Shown: in pieces, positions 1 to 10,050 of the stretch | How positions within the stretch are numbered: the stretch's first letter is position 1 | How the letters are laid out: every line of letters begins with the position of its first letter | Assembly (NCBI GenBank): GCA_035651815.1 | Contig: DASRFB010000124.1 | Coordinates: 892 to 64,891 of the forward strand | DNA from: Burkholderiales bacterium | Lineage (GTDB): Bacteria; Pseudomonadota; Gammaproteobacteria; Burkholderiales; SG8-39 | Direction of reading: 5' to 3' | Length of the DNA stretch: 64,000 bases | Translations under genes and position numbers: made by a program | The notes under the pieces: model-generated | Seen by the model: the letters and a program-made list of their open reading frames with translations, nothing else | The model's database searches: none | Told to the model about the DNA's origin: nothing

Positions 1-137
1 AGCGCGATCAGCGGCGCCACCAGCGCCGAGCGCGCGCCTGCAACCCTGTTCCGGTGTTCCCGTAGAGCACGACCGAGTGCCTTGAATTTCCGAGGGAACT
101 CACTTTACAACGGCGCGCCGACCGTTGTCCAGGGCGC

Positions 138-1538
138 CTACAGAACCTTCCCGGGATTCATGATGCCGAGCGGGTCGATCGCGCGCTTGACCGCGCGCAT
201 GAGGTCGAGCTCGAGCGGCGTTTTGTAGCGCGCGAGCTCCTCGCGTTTCAGGCGCCCGATGCCGTGCTCGGCGCTGATCGAGCCGCGGAAGCGCGCCACG
301 CTGTCGTGCACGACGCGGTTCACCGCCGGCAGGTTGCCCATGAACGCCTCGGCGTTCATGCCCGCCGGCGGCGAAAGGTTGTAGTGCAGGTTGCCGTCGC
401 CGAGATGCCCGAACACCACGAGCCGCGATCCGGGAAAAGCGCGGGCCAGCTCGGCGCCGGTCGCGGCGATGAACCGCGGGATGCTCGACACCGGCACCGA
501 GACGTCGTGCTTGATGTTCGGGCCTTCGCGCGCCTGCGCCTCCGAGATGTTCTCGCGCAGCGCCCAGAGCGCGCGCGCCTGCGCCTCGCTCTGCGCCACC
601 ACGGCGTCCAGGGCGCTGCCGCTGTCCATCGCCTCGGCGAGCGCCGCTTCGAGCGCCGCGTCCGCGCCCGCGCCCGAATCGGAGACCTCGAGCAGCGCGT
701 ACTGCGGGTACGCGGAGCGGAACGGCGTCGACGTGCCCGGGAAATGCGCGAGCACGAGCTCGAGGCACGCGTGCGAGAAGATCTCGAAGGCCGTGAGCCG
801 CTCGCCGCATCGCGACTGCGCCGTCCCGAGCATCGCGAGCGCGCGCTCGGCGTCCGGCAGCGCCACCACCGCGGTCGCCTGCGAGCGAGGCAAGGGGAAG
901 AGCTTCACCACCGCCGCGGTGATCACGCCGAGCGTGCCTTCGGCGCCGATGAACAGCTGCTTCAGGTCGTAGCCGGTGTTGTCCTTGCGCAGGGCGCGCA
1001 GCCCGTCCCACACCTCGCCCGAAGGCAGGACGACTTCCAGGCCGAGCACCAGCTCGCGCGCGTTCCCGTAGCGCAGGACGCCCGTGCCGCCGGCGTTGGT
1101 CGAGAGGTTGCCGCCGAGCTCGCAGCTGCCCTGCGCCGCGAGGCTGAGCGGGAAGAGGCGATCCGCGCCGCGCGCGGCGTCGTGCAGCGCCGCCAGCACG
1201 CAGCCCGCCTCGGCGGTCATCGCGTTGTTGGCGGCATCGATGTTCCGGACGCGGTTGAGCCGCGACACGTTGATCACGACCTGCGTCCCGCTTTCGTCGG
1301 GCGTCGCCGCCCCGCACAGGCTCGTGTTCCCCGCCTGCGGCACGACAGCCGCGCGCGCCTCGGCGCACGCGCGCACGACGGCGGCCACTTCCTCGGTCGA
1401 AGCGGGCTTCACGACCGCGAGCGGCCGGCCGGCGTAGCGCCGGCGCCAGTCGGTCGCGTAAGGCGCCCAGTCGGCCGGCGCGGCGAGCACCGCGGCCTCG
1501 CCGACCGCGCGGCGCAGACGCTCGAGCAGCTCGGCCAT
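138..1538 (-). CDS. FAD-linked oxidase, GlcD / D-2-hydroxyacid dehydrogenase family
   Basis: 466-aa ORF. N-terminal FAD-binding region (VVKPASTEEVAAVVRACAEARAAVVPQAGNTSLCGAATP) and C-terminal FAD-oxidase motif (ISAEHGIGRLKR...DPLGIMNPGKV). Confidence 0.85.
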   Translation of the reverse strand: MAELLERLRRAVGEAAVLAAPADWAPYATDWRRRYAGRPLAVVKPASTEEVAAVVRACAEARAAVVPQAGNTSLCGAATPDESGTQVVINVSRLNRVRNIDAANNAMTAEAGCVLAALHDAARGADRLFPLSLAAQGSCELGGNLSTNAGGTGVLRYGNARELVLGLEVVLPSGEVWDGLRALRKDNTGYDLKQLFIGAEGTLGVITAAVVKLFPLPRSQATAVVALPDAERALAMLGTAQSRCGERLTAFEIFSHACLELVLAHFPGTSTPFRSAYPQYALLEVSDSGAGADAALEAALAEAMDSGSALDAVVAQSEAQARALWALRENISEAQAREGPNIKHDVSVPVSSIPRFIAATGAELARAFPGSRLVVFGHLGDGNLHYNLSPPAGMNAEAFMGNLPAVNRVVHDSVARFRGSISAEHGIGRLKREELARYKTPLELDLMRAVKRAIDPLGIMNPGKVL

Positions 1539-1542
1539 CAGC

Positions 1543-2229
1543 TCAAGCCGCGCTCTGCAGCGCCTCGCGCATCTTCGTGATCGTGGCGCGGTAGTCGGTC
1601 GATCCGAAGATCGCGGAGCCCGCGACGAAGGTATCCGCGCCCGCGCGCGCCACCGCCGCGATGTTGTCGACCTTGATGCCGCCGTCCACTTCGAGCAGGA
1701 TCGCGCGACCGCTCGCCTGCGACGCTTCGTCGATGCGCCGGCGCGCGGCGCGCAGCTTCTCGAGCGCCTGCGGGATGAATTCCTGGCCGCCGAAGCCCGG
1801 ATTGACCGACATGACGAGCACGAGATCGAGCTGGTGCAGCACGTGGTCCAGCACCACGAGCGGCGTCGCGGGATTGAGCACCAGCCCGGCCTTGCATCCC
1901 GAGTCGTGGATCAGGCCGACCGTGCGGTCGACGTGTTCGCTCGCCTCGGGATGGAAGCTGATGATGTTCGCGCCTGCCTTCGCGAAATCCGACACCAGCC
2001 GGTCGACCGGCTTCACCATGAGATGGACGTCGATGTCGGCCTGCGTCAGCGGACGGATCGCCCGGCACACGAGCGGGCCGACGGTGAGGTTGGGCACGTA
2101 ATGGTTGTCCATCACGTCGAAGTGGATCATGTCGGCTCCCGCCGACATGACCGCCTTCACCTCGTCGCCGAGGCGCGCGAAGTCGGCCGACAGGATGCTC
2201 GGTGCGATGCGGAACGCGCGCGCGACCAT
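1543..2229 (-). CDS. rpe: ribulose-phosphate 3-epimerase
   Basis: 228 aa. [17 protein letters not shown]...[15 protein letters not shown]...[10 protein letters not shown] are classic Rpe motifs. Confidence 0.95.
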   Translation of the reverse strand: MVARAFRIAPSILSADFARLGDEVKAVMSAGADMIHFDVMDNHYVPNLTVGPLVCRAIRPLTQADIDVHLMVKPVDRLVSDFAKAGANIISFHPEASEHVDRTVGLIHDSGCKAGLVLNPATPLVVLDHVLHQLDLVLVMSVNPGFGGQEFIPQALEKLRAARRRIDEASQASGRAILLEVDGGIKVDNIAAVARAGADTFVAGSAIFGSTDYRATITKMREALQSAA

Positions 2230-2315
2230 GGAACGAATTTTACTGGTAATCCGCGGCCGTCGCGTCGCGCGCGTCGCGCCTTGTCAGTCGTGGTGATTTC
2301 GTGTGAAATCGGGGC

Positions 2316-2696
2316 ATGACCGACAAGAAATACGAGGTCGTCGTCTCGTCTCAGACGCTGTTCATCCCCGAGCAGTCCGACGAGCAGAACAGCCGCTTCG
2401 TGTTCGCCTACACGATGACCATCCGCAACACCGGGACCGTGAGCGCGCAGCTCATTTCCCGGCATTGGGTGATCACCGACGCGCGCAACCAGGTGCAGGA
2501 AGTGCGGGGGCTCGGCGTGGTCGGCGCGCAGCCCCACCTCAAGCCCGGAGAATCGTTCGAGTACACGAGCGGCACCGCGATCGCCACCCCCGTCGGCACG
2601 ATGCGCGGCAGCTACCAGATGCGCGCCGAGGACGGCACGCAGTTCGACGCCGACATCCCCGAGTTCACCCTTTCGGTGCCGCGGGTCCTGCACTGA
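2316..2696 (+). CDS. apaG: ApaG (DUF525) protein
   Basis: 126 aa. FVFAYTMTIRNTG...ISRHWVITDA...GVVGAQPHLKPGESFEYTSG matches the ApaG family. Divergent from rpe. Confidence 0.9.
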   Translation: MTDKKYEVVVSSQTLFIPEQSDEQNSRFVFAYTMTIRNTGTVSAQLISRHWVITDARNQVQEVRGLGVVGAQPHLKPGESFEYTSGTAIATPVGTMRGSYQMRAEDGTQFDADIPEFTLSVPRVLH

Positions 2697-2713
2697 CGCG
2701 CACGCGCGGGCCG

Positions 2714-2857
2714 TCAGCGTTTCTGCGTGTGCTCCCCGGATCTCGCGCCGGATTCCGGGTCGCGGCGCCGCTTCGGAACGGTCCACCAGACGATGAACAG
2801 CAGCAGCGCGAGCGCGAGGCCCGCTTCGAGTACGATGATCCAAAGTCCGGAGTCCAC
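2714..2857 (-). CDS. speculative 47-aa small membrane protein
   Basis: GTG-initiated tail of the 2714..3703 minus frame: VDSGLWIIVLEAGLALALLLFIVWWTVPKRRRDPESGARSGEHTQKR. One hydrophobic helix followed by a basic tail. It fills the otherwise empty apaG-mltA gap. No family recognised. Confidence 0.25.
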   Translation of the reverse strand: MDSGLWIIVLEAGLALALLLFIVWWTVPKRRRDPESGARSGEHTQKR

Positions 2858-2863
2858 GCCCGC

Positions 2864-4048
2864 ATGATAAGGCCGTCCTGTGCTGCCGTGCTCGTCGCCG
2901 CGGGCCTGATCGCCGGCTGCGCGAGCGCGCCCGCTCCCGTCGCGAGCGGCCGCTGTCCTTGCGGGCCGGCGACCGCGCCGCCGCCGCGCGTCGACGTCTA
3001 CCAGGAAGTCGCGTTCTCGGACATCCCCGGATGGCGCGACGGCGAGCAGGCGGCCGCCTGGAGCGCGCTGCTCGCGTCGTGCCAGGCGCTGCGCTTCCGC
3101 GACGCCTGGCGCGCGGCGTGCCTGGACGCCGCCGCGATGCCCGCGCCGGACGACGCGGCCGCGCGCGCCTTGCTCGAGTCGCGCTTCGTTCCCTGGCGGC
3201 TCGCCGCGCCGGACGGACGCACCGAAGGCCTGGTCACGGGCTACTACGAGCCGCTGCTGCGCGGAAGCCGGGTGCGCCAGCCGCCTTTCGTGCATCCGCT
3301 CTACGCGCCGCCGGACGACCTGCTCACCATCGACCTCTCCTCGGTGAACCCGGACCTGCGCAATCTGCGCCTGCGCGGCCGTCTCCAGGGCCGCAAGGTC
3401 GTGCCGTACTACTCCCGCGCCGAGATCGAGAGCGGCGCGGCACCCGTCGCCGGCAAGGAGCTGGTCTGGGTCGACGACGCGGTCGAGGCGTTCTTCCTGC
3501 AGATCCAGGGCTCGGGCCGCATCCGGCTCGGCAACGGCGAGACCCTGCGCGTCGGCTACGCCGATCAGAACGGGCACCCGTACCAGTCGATCGGACGCTA
3601 CCTCGTCGACCGCGGCGAGCTGCAGCCGGGGGAGGCGTCGATGCAGGCGATCCGCGCCTGGGCCGAGTCGCACCCGGATCGGCTGCCCGAGCTGCTGAAT
3701 CAAAATCCGAGCTACGTGTTCTTCCGCGAGCTGCCGCTCGCTGATCCGTCGGTGGGCCCGATCGGCGCGCTCGGCGTCCCGCTCACGCCGCAGCGCTCGA
3801 TCGCCGTCGATCCGCGCTACGTGCCGCTCGGCGCGCCCGCGTTCCTCGGCACGACCTGGCCCTCGAGCGATCTGCCGCTCAACCGACTGGTGGTTGCGCA
3901 GGACACCGGCGGCGCGATCCGCGGCCCGGTGCGCGCCGATTATTTCTGGGGATTCGGGCCCGAGGCGGGAGCGCTCGCGGGGCGCATGCGCCAGCAGGGC
4001 GCGCTCTGGGTGCTGCTGCCGAAGGGAATGAAGCCGCCCGCGCCCTGA
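2864..4048 (+). CDS. mltA: membrane-bound lytic murein transglycosylase A
   Basis: Internal ATG of the 2303..4048 frame gives a lipoprotein signal MIRPSCAAVLVAAGLIAGC (lipobox). MltA motifs present: GYYEPLLRGS, FFLQIQGSGRI, VAQDTGGAIRGPVRADYFWG. Confidence 0.9.
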   Translation: MIRPSCAAVLVAAGLIAGCASAPAPVASGRCPCGPATAPPPRVDVYQEVAFSDIPGWRDGEQAAAWSALLASCQALRFRDAWRAACLDAAAMPAPDDAAARALLESRFVPWRLAAPDGRTEGLVTGYYEPLLRGSRVRQPPFVHPLYAPPDDLLTIDLSSVNPDLRNLRLRGRLQGRKVVPYYSRAEIESGAAPVAGKELVWVDDAVEAFFLQIQGSGRIRLGNGETLRVGYADQNGHPYQSIGRYLVDRGELQPGEASMQAIRAWAESHPDRLPELLNQNPSYVFFRELPLADPSVGPIGALGVPLTPQRSIAVDPRYVPLGAPAFLGTTWPSSDLPLNRLVVAQDTGGAIRGPVRADYFWGFGPEAGALAGRMRQQGALWVLLPKGMKPPAP

Positions 4049-4052
4049 GGCG

Positions 4053-4751
4053 CTACTTGGACGCCTGGTCGAGCGCCTGCACCAGCTCGGGGAAGCGCGC
4101 GCCGACGATGCGCTGGCCGTTCGGCAGGAAGGTCGTCGGCGTGCCGCTCACGCGCAGGCGCTTGCCGAGCGCGAGGTTCTTGTCGAGCGGCGTCGCGCAG
4201 GTGTTCGCCGGCGGCAGCACGCCCTTCAGCATCGTGTCGAGCCAGGCCTGGCTCGGGTTCTTCGAGCACCAGATGTTGCGCGAGATCTCGGCCGAGTCCG
4301 GCGCGATCACCGGGTAGAGCATCGTGTAGATGGTCACGTCGGTCAGCTTATAGAGATTCTGCTCGAACTGCTTGCAGAAGCCGCAGCGCGGGTCGGCGAA
4401 GATCACCATGACGCGCCTGCCGTCGCCGCGGACGGTCTTGATCGCGTTGTCGAGCGGCAGGTCCTTGAAGTTCACGGCGAGCAGAGCCTGCTGGCGCTCC
4501 TCGGTGAGGTTGCGCCGCGTGTTCGCGTCGATGATGTTGCCGGTGAAGAGGTAGCTGACCTTGTCGTCGGTGTAGACGATCTCGTCGCCGATCACGACCT
4601 CGTAGAGGCCGGAGTAAGGCGTCTTGGTCACGCTCTCGACCGCGACGCCGTTGAAGCGGGCTTCGATCGCGCGTTTGACCGACGCCTCGTCGGCGCTCGC
4701 CGAGAACGCGGCGAGGGCAAGGGTGATGACGGCGAGCGAGCGGATGATCAT
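4053..4751 (-). CDS. dsbC: periplasmic thiol:disulfide interchange protein DsbC/DsbG family
   Basis: 232 aa with a signal peptide, an N-terminal dimerisation region and a thioredoxin fold with a CGFC active site (FADPRCGFCKQF). Confidence 0.85.
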   Translation of the reverse strand: MIIRSLAVITLALAAFSASADEASVKRAIEARFNGVAVESVTKTPYSGLYEVVIGDEIVYTDDKVSYLFTGNIIDANTRRNLTEERQQALLAVNFKDLPLDNAIKTVRGDGRRVMVIFADPRCGFCKQFEQNLYKLTDVTIYTMLYPVIAPDSAEISRNIWCSKNPSQAWLDTMLKGVLPPANTCATPLDKNLALGKRLRVSGTPTTFLPNGQRIVGARFPELVQALDQASK

Positions 4752-5935
4752 GGAGCGTCCTTGGAGAAGTCGGCCGCGCCCATGGCGCGACGCGCAAGCA
4801 GCGATTTGACGACGGGAATCGAGTTGGTCAGGCTCAGTCCGAGGTTTCGTATGCGCGCCGCGGCCGGATGCCTGGCGCCGAACAGCCCATGGAGCCCGTC
4901 GGTGACCCAGCGCATCGCAAGTATATCCTCGGCGCGTTCGCGCTCAAAACGCCGCAGCACCGAAGCGTCGCCCGGATCCCGGTGTCCACGCATTCCACGC
5001 AGCAGGCGGGCGAGCGCGGCGACGTCGGCGAAGCCCAGGTTGACGCCCTGACCGGCGAGCGGATGCACGACGTGCGCGGCGTCGCCCAGAAGCACGACGC
5101 GGTCCTGCGCCGAGCGCGGCGCGTGCAGCCGCTCGAGCGGGAACGAGGCCGGCGGCGTGACGGGCATGAGGGCGCCCAGCGCCCGGGCGCCCGCGGCGGC
5201 GACCGCGGCGCACAGCGCGTCCGGCGAAAGCGCGAGCAGCTCGCGCGCGCGCGTCTCGGCGGTCGACCAGACGATCGACACGATGCGCTCCGCGACCGGC
5301 AGCCACGCGAGCACGCCGTCGTCGCGAAACCACTGGAAGGCGGTGTTCCGGTGCGGCGCCTCGCACGCGAAGTTGGCGACCACGCCGCGCTCGCCGTAAG
5401 GGCGTGTCGAGGCCGTCATGCCCGCCGCGCCCCGAACCCACGAGCGCGCGCCGTCCGCGCCGACGCAAAGGCGCGCGCGCAGCGCCTCGCCCGAGGCGAG
5501 GCGCACCACGACTTCTTCGGGCGAGCGCTCGAGCGCGACCGCCGCGGCCGGGCACAAGCGCCGGACGCCGGCCGCCCCGTCGAGCCGGCGCCACAGCGCC
5601 TGCGCGAGACGGGCCGATTCCACGGTCACCGCCAGCTCGGCGACCCCCGCTTCGTACGCGGAAAACTCGAGCTCCGAGACCCCGTCGTCGCCGAACACGC
5701 GCATACGGTGGATCGGCGTCGCGCGCGAAGGCTCGAGCCGCTCCCACGCGCCGGCCGAGCGCAGGAAGCCGACGCTCGCGGGAGAAAGCGCGTAGATGCG
5801 CGCGTCCCACCCGTCCCCGGGCTCCGGGGGCGGCGACTGCTCGAGCAGTGCGATCTCGAGTCCGGAGCCGGCGAGAGCGGCGGCGAGGCTCGCGCCGACC
5901 AGGCCTCCGCCGACGATGGCGACGTCAACTTGCAT
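4748..5935 (-). CDS. UbiH/UbiF/UbiI-family FAD-dependent ubiquinone-biosynthesis hydroxylase
   Basis: 395 aa. GxGxxG at the N-terminus (VAIVGGGLVGASLAAAL), DG motif (LCVGADGARS) and GDAAHVVHPLAGQGVNLG motif. ATGA overlap with the dsbC start. Confidence 0.85.
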   Translation of the reverse strand: MQVDVAIVGGGLVGASLAAALAGSGLEIALLEQSPPPEPGDGWDARIYALSPASVGFLRSAGAWERLEPSRATPIHRMRVFGDDGVSELEFSAYEAGVAELAVTVESARLAQALWRRLDGAAGVRRLCPAAAVALERSPEEVVVRLASGEALRARLCVGADGARSWVRGAAGMTASTRPYGERGVVANFACEAPHRNTAFQWFRDDGVLAWLPVAERIVSIVWSTAETRARELLALSPDALCAAVAAAGARALGALMPVTPPASFPLERLHAPRSAQDRVVLLGDAAHVVHPLAGQGVNLGFADVAALARLLRGMRGHRDPGDASVLRRFERERAEDILAMRWVTDGLHGLFGARHPAAARIRNLGLSLTNSIPVVKSLLARRAMGAADFSKDAP

Positions 5936-5949
5936 CCCGGCATTCTAGA

Positions 5950-5978
5950 TTGACAACTATTGGACTACAAAGGATAAT
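5950..5978 (+). promoter_or_regulatory. sigma70-type promoter for tRNA(CAU)
   Basis: TTGACA (5950-5955), 17-nt spacer, GATAAT (5973-5978). The tRNA 5' end lies 12 nt downstream of the -10. Confidence 0.6.
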
Positions 5979-5990
5979 TTCCGCTTCGGG

Positions 5991-6067
<77 letters not shown>

Positions 6068-6088
6068 TTCTTTTTCCCTGCGAGGTCC

Positions 6089-6415
6089 ATGGCTCCGAGC
6101 CGCGCGCTGTTGCTGCTGTCGATCGCGCTCGCCGTCGTTCCGGCGGCGGCCCAGCAGCGCATGATCCCGGCCGACGCCAAGCGCGGCTTCGTGAAGCACG
6201 AGCGCGAGGCGCTGGTGTCGATCGACGGCGCCCCGGCGCGGCTCGCGCCCGGGGCCACCATCCGCGACTCGCGCAATCTGATCATCGTCCCGGCCGCGAT
6301 GCCGCGCGAAGGCGCGTGGGCGGACTACGTCCTCGATCGCGGTGGCCAAGTCTTTCGCGTCTGGCTGCTGTCCGACGAAGAGCGGACCCGTCCGCGGCCC
6401 GCGGCCGCGCGCTAG
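6089..6415 (+). CDS. small secreted protein of unknown function
   Basis: 108 aa. Signal peptide MAPSRALLLLSIALAVVPAAAQQ. GAGG 4 nt upstream of the ATG. No family recognised. Confidence 0.55.
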   Translation: MAPSRALLLLSIALAVVPAAAQQRMIPADAKRGFVKHEREALVSIDGAPARLAPGATIRDSRNLIIVPAAMPREGAWADYVLDRGGQVFRVWLLSDEERTRPRPAAAR

Positions 6416-6421
6416 AGATCC

Positions 6422-7750
6422 GTGGCGAAGAAGGTCTACATCCGCACGTTCGGCTGCCAGATGAACGAGTACGACTCGGCCAAGATGGCCGACGTGCTCG
6501 GGGCCGCCGGGGGCTACGAGCCGGTCGCCGCGCCCGACGATGCCGATCTTATCGTGTTCAACACCTGCTCGGTGCGCGAGAAGGCCCAGGAAAAGGTGTT
6601 CAGCGATCTCGGACGCATCCGGCATCTCAAGCGCGAGCGGCCCGGGTTGCTGATCGGCGTCGGCGGCTGCGTGGCCAGCCAGGAGGGCGCGGCCATCGTC
6701 GCGCGCGCTCCGTTCGTCGACGTGGTGTTCGGCCCCCAGACCCTGCACCGCCTGCCCGAGCTCATCGAGGCGAGACAGCGGACCGGACGGCCGCAGGTGG
6801 ACGTCTCGTTCCCGCGGATCGAGAAATTCGACGCGCTGCCGCCCCCGAGGGTGGACGGGCCGACGGCCTTCGTGTCGATCATGGAGGGCTGCAGCAAGTA
6901 CTGCAGCTTCTGCGTCGTTCCCTACACCCGGGGCGAAGAGGTGTCGCGCCCGCTCGAGGACGTCCTCACCGAGATCGCCGGCCTCGCGGAGGAAGGCGTG
7001 AGGGAAGTGACGCTGCTCGGACAGAACGTCAACGCCTGGCGCGGGGCGCTGGAGGCCGAGGCGGCCGACTTCGCGCTGCTGCTCGAGTGCATCGCCGAGA
7101 TCCCGGGAATCGATCGCATCCGCTACACGACGTCGCACCCGCGCGAGTTCACCCAGCGCCTGGTCGACGCGCACGCGGAGATCGAACCGCTGGTGCCGCA
7201 CGTGCACTTGCCCGTGCAGTCGGGCTCGGACCGGGTGCTCGCGGCCATGAAGCGCGGCTACACCGTCCTCGAGTACAAGTCGATCGTGCGCCGGCTGCGC
7301 GCGGCGCGGCCGGACGTGTGCATCACATCGGATTTCATCGTCGGCTTTCCCGGCGAGACCGAGCGCGATTTCGAGGCGACCCTGGCGCTGGTCGACGACA
7401 TCGGCTTCGACAGCTCGTTCTCCTTCCTCTACAGCCCGCGGCCCGGCACGCCGGCCGCGGAGCTCGTCGACGAGACGCCCGCGCAGGTCAAGCGCGAGCG
7501 CCTGCACGCGCTCCAGGGCCGGCTCGACGCGCACGCGCGCGCGATCTCCGATGCGATGCTCGGCACGCGCCAGCGCATCCTGGTCGAGGGCCGGTCGCGC
7601 CACGACGCCGGCGAGCTGGCCGGACGCACCGCCAACAACCGCGTCGTCAACATGCCGGGCGAGGCGAGCCTCGTCGGCCGGTTCGTCGAGGCGACCATCA
7701 CCGCGGCGATGGCGCATAGCCTGCGCGGAGCGATCGAAGCGGCGTGCTGA
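6422..7750 (+). CDS. miaB: tRNA-2-methylthio-N6-dimethylallyladenosine synthase (radical SAM)
   Basis: 442 aa. N-terminal [16 protein letters not shown], radical-SAM [15 protein letters not shown] and a C-terminal TRAM region. Confidence 0.95.
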   Translation: MAKKVYIRTFGCQMNEYDSAKMADVLGAAGGYEPVAAPDDADLIVFNTCSVREKAQEKVFSDLGRIRHLKRERPGLLIGVGGCVASQEGAAIVARAPFVDVVFGPQTLHRLPELIEARQRTGRPQVDVSFPRIEKFDALPPPRVDGPTAFVSIMEGCSKYCSFCVVPYTRGEEVSRPLEDVLTEIAGLAEEGVREVTLLGQNVNAWRGALEAEAADFALLLECIAEIPGIDRIRYTTSHPREFTQRLVDAHAEIEPLVPHVHLPVQSGSDRVLAAMKRGYTVLEYKSIVRRLRAARPDVCITSDFIVGFPGETERDFEATLALVDDIGFDSSFSFLYSPRPGTPAAELVDETPAQVKRERLHALQGRLDAHARAISDAMLGTRQRILVEGRSRHDAGELAGRTANNRVVNMPGEASLVGRFVEATITAAMAHSLRGAIEAAC

Positions 7751-8724
7751 GCCGCGCCTCTGCTCGACCGCGCATGAGCTCCGCGAAGACCAAACCCCTC
7801 GAGGTGATCCTGTCGCCGCTCGACAACCAGCGGCTCGCGAACCTGTGCGGGCCGCTCGACGAGAACCTGCGGCAGATCGAGACCGCGCTCGACGTGACCA
7901 TCTCGCGGCGCGGCGAGCGCTTCACCGTGCGCGGCGCGGCCGGCCAGTCGGCGCGCGCCGCCGAAGCCCTGCAGAAATTCTACGGCGACGCGAAGCGCGG
8001 GCTCACCGTCGACGACGTGCAGCTCGGACTGGTCGAGTTCCGCACCAACCCGAGCAGCCGCGAGGCCGAGGACACGCCTCTGCTCACGCGCCGCGGCGAC
8101 CTGCGCGGCCGCACGCCGCGCCAGCGCCAGTACATCCAGAACATCCTGGAGCACGACATCACCTTCGCGATCGGCCCGGCGGGGACCGGCAAGACCTACC
8201 TCGCGGTCGCGTGCGCCGTGGATTCCCTCGAGCGCGACGCGGTCAAGCGCATCGTTCTCGTGCGCCCCGCGGTCGAGGCGGGCGAGCGCCTGGGGTTTCT
8301 TCCGGGCGACCTCGCGCAGAAGGTCGATCCGTACCTGCGGCCGCTCTACGACGCGCTCTACGACCTGCTCGGTTTCGACCGTGTCGGCAAGCTGTTCGAG
8401 CGCGGGGCGATCGAGCTCGCTCCGCTCGCGTACATGCGCGGCCGCACGCTCAACCATTCCTTCATCATTCTCGACGAGGCGCAGAACACCACGCCCGAGC
8501 AGATGAAGATGTTCCTCACGCGCATGGGCTTCGGCAGCAAGGTCGTCGTCACCGGGGACGTGACGCAGATCGACCTGCAGCGCGGCCAGAAGAGCGGCCT
8601 CGTGGAGGCGGATCGCATCCTGCAGGAGGTGCGCGGCATCGCGTTCTCCATGTTCAAGAGCGAGGACGTGGTACGCAACCCGCTCGTGCAGCGCATCGTC
8701 GACGCGTACGAGCAGAAGGGCTGA
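7744..8724 (+). CDS. ybeZ: PhoH-like ATPase (YbeZ)
   Basis: Walker A ([13 protein letters not shown]) and conserved [10 protein letters not shown]...[13 protein letters not shown]. The start is either GTG 7744 (overlaps the miaB stop) or ATG 7774. Confidence 0.9.
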   Translation: MLSRASARPRMSSAKTKPLEVILSPLDNQRLANLCGPLDENLRQIETALDVTISRRGERFTVRGAAGQSARAAEALQKFYGDAKRGLTVDDVQLGLVEFRTNPSSREAEDTPLLTRRGDLRGRTPRQRQYIQNILEHDITFAIGPAGTGKTYLAVACAVDSLERDAVKRIVLVRPAVEAGERLGFLPGDLAQKVDPYLRPLYDALYDLLGFDRVGKLFERGAIELAPLAYMRGRTLNHSFIILDEAQNTTPEQMKMFLTRMGFGSKVVVTGDVTQIDLQRGQKSGLVEADRILQEVRGIAFSMFKSEDVVRNPLVQRIVDAYEQKG

Positions 8725-8725
8725 C

Positions 8726-9172
8726 ATGCCGAAGGCGCCGTCGCTCGCGCTCGACGTGCAGCTCGCCGCCCGGCGCGCGCGCTTCCCGTCGCGCGCCAAG
8801 GTGCGGCGCTGGGCGCGCGCCGCGATGAGGCGGCCGGCCGACGTGACGCTGCGGGTGGTCGGCGAGGCGGAAGGACGGCGGCTGAACCGCGTCTACCGCG
8901 GGCTCGACCGGGCGACCAACGTGCTGAGCTTCGCGTACGGGCGCGGCCGCGGCGGAGTCGCGGGAGACATCGCGCTGTGCGCGCCCGTGATCCGGCGCGA
9001 GGCGTCGCGACAGGGCAAGCGCCTCGAAGCGCACTACGCGCACCTGGTCGTGCACGGCCTGCTGCACCTGCAGGGCTACGATCACGAGGCGCCGCGGGCG
9101 GCCCGGCGCATGGAAGCGCTCGAAACGCAGATCCTGGCCAAACTCGGCTATCCTGACCCCTATCCGGGCTAG
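8726..9172 (+). CDS. ybeY: rRNA maturation endoribonuclease YbeY
   Basis: 148 aa with the zinc motif HLVVHGLLHLQGYDH. Confidence 0.92.
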   Translation: MPKAPSLALDVQLAARRARFPSRAKVRRWARAAMRRPADVTLRVVGEAEGRRLNRVYRGLDRATNVLSFAYGRGRGGVAGDIALCAPVIRREASRQGKRLEAHYAHLVVHGLLHLQGYDHEAPRAARRMEALETQILAKLGYPDPYPG

Positions 9173-9213
9173 AGCGCCCGACCGCGGCCGCCACCGCGCG
9201 CCGCCATAGACGC

Positions 9214-10050
9214 ATGGACAACGCACAAGACCACAAACCTTCGCTCCTCGAGCGGCTGTCGGCGCTGCTGATGCGCGAGCCCGAGGACCGCGAGCAGCTG
9301 GTCAACCTCCTGCACTCGGCCTACGAGCACGACCTGCTCGACAGCGACGCGCTGTCGATGATCGAGGGCGTGCTGCAGGTGTCCGAGCTTCAGGTGCGCG
9401 ACATCATGGTGCCGCGCCCGCAGATGGACGTGATCGACGCGAACGAGACGCCCGACAAGTTCATCCCGCACGTGATCGCGACGGCGCACTCGCGCTTTCC
9501 CGTGATCGACAAGGACCGCGACGACGTCATCGGGATCCTGCTCGCGAAGGACCTGCTGCGCTACTACGCCGGCGAGGAGGAGTTCAAGGTGCGCGACATG
9601 CTGCGGCCCGCGGTGTTCGTGCCCGAGTCGAAGCGCCTGAACGTGCTGCTGCGCGAGTTCCGCGCCAACCGCAACCACATGGCGATCGTCGTCGACGAAT
9701 ACGGCGGCGTCGCGGGGCTCGTCACCATCGAGGACGTGCTCGAGCAGATCGTCGGCGACATCGAGGACGAGTACGACTTCGACGAGTCCGAGGACAATAT
9801 CGTGCGCGAGTCGAGCGGGCACTGGCGGGTAAAGGCGCAGACCGAGATCGGCGATTTCAACCGCGCGTTCGGCACCGACTTTTCCGACGAGGATTTCGAC
9901 ACCGTCGGCGGGCTGATCATCGACCGCTTCGGCCGCCTGCCCAAGCGCGGCGAGTCGGTCACCATCGGCGGCCTGCGCTTCCAGGTGCTGCGCGCCGACA
10001 GCCGGCGGCTGCACGCGCTGCAGGTGCAGCGCCTGCCGGGCCGGGCTTGA
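9214..10050 (+). CDS. corC: CBS-pair / CorC_HlyC domain protein (Mg/Co efflux-associated)
   Basis: 278 aa. CBS-pair region (VRDIMVPRPQM...) and C-terminal transporter-associated domain. Conserved miaB-phoH-ybeY-corC-lnt order. Confidence 0.9.
   Translation: MDNAQDHKPSLLERLSALLMREPEDREQLVNLLHSAYEHDLLDSDALSMIEGVLQVSELQVRDIMVPRPQMDVIDANETPDKFIPHVIATAHSRFPVIDKDRDDVIGILLAKDLLRYYAGEEEFKVRDMLRPAVFVPESKRLNVLLREFRANRNHMAIVVDEYGGVAGLVTIEDVLEQIVGDIEDEYDFDESEDNIVRESSGHWRVKAQTEIGDFNRAFGTDFSDEDFDTVGGLIIDRFGRLPKRGESVTIGGLRFQVLRADSRRLHALQVQRLPGRA

Noticed and set aside
107-128. Hairpin ACAACGG-N8-CCGTTGT just beyond the stop of the FAD-linked oxidase, considered as a terminator.
   Set aside because: The stem is only 7 bp with an 8-nt loop, and it is followed by an A-rich rather than U-rich tract on the relevant strand. 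It is too weak to call, and the window edge prevents context analysis.
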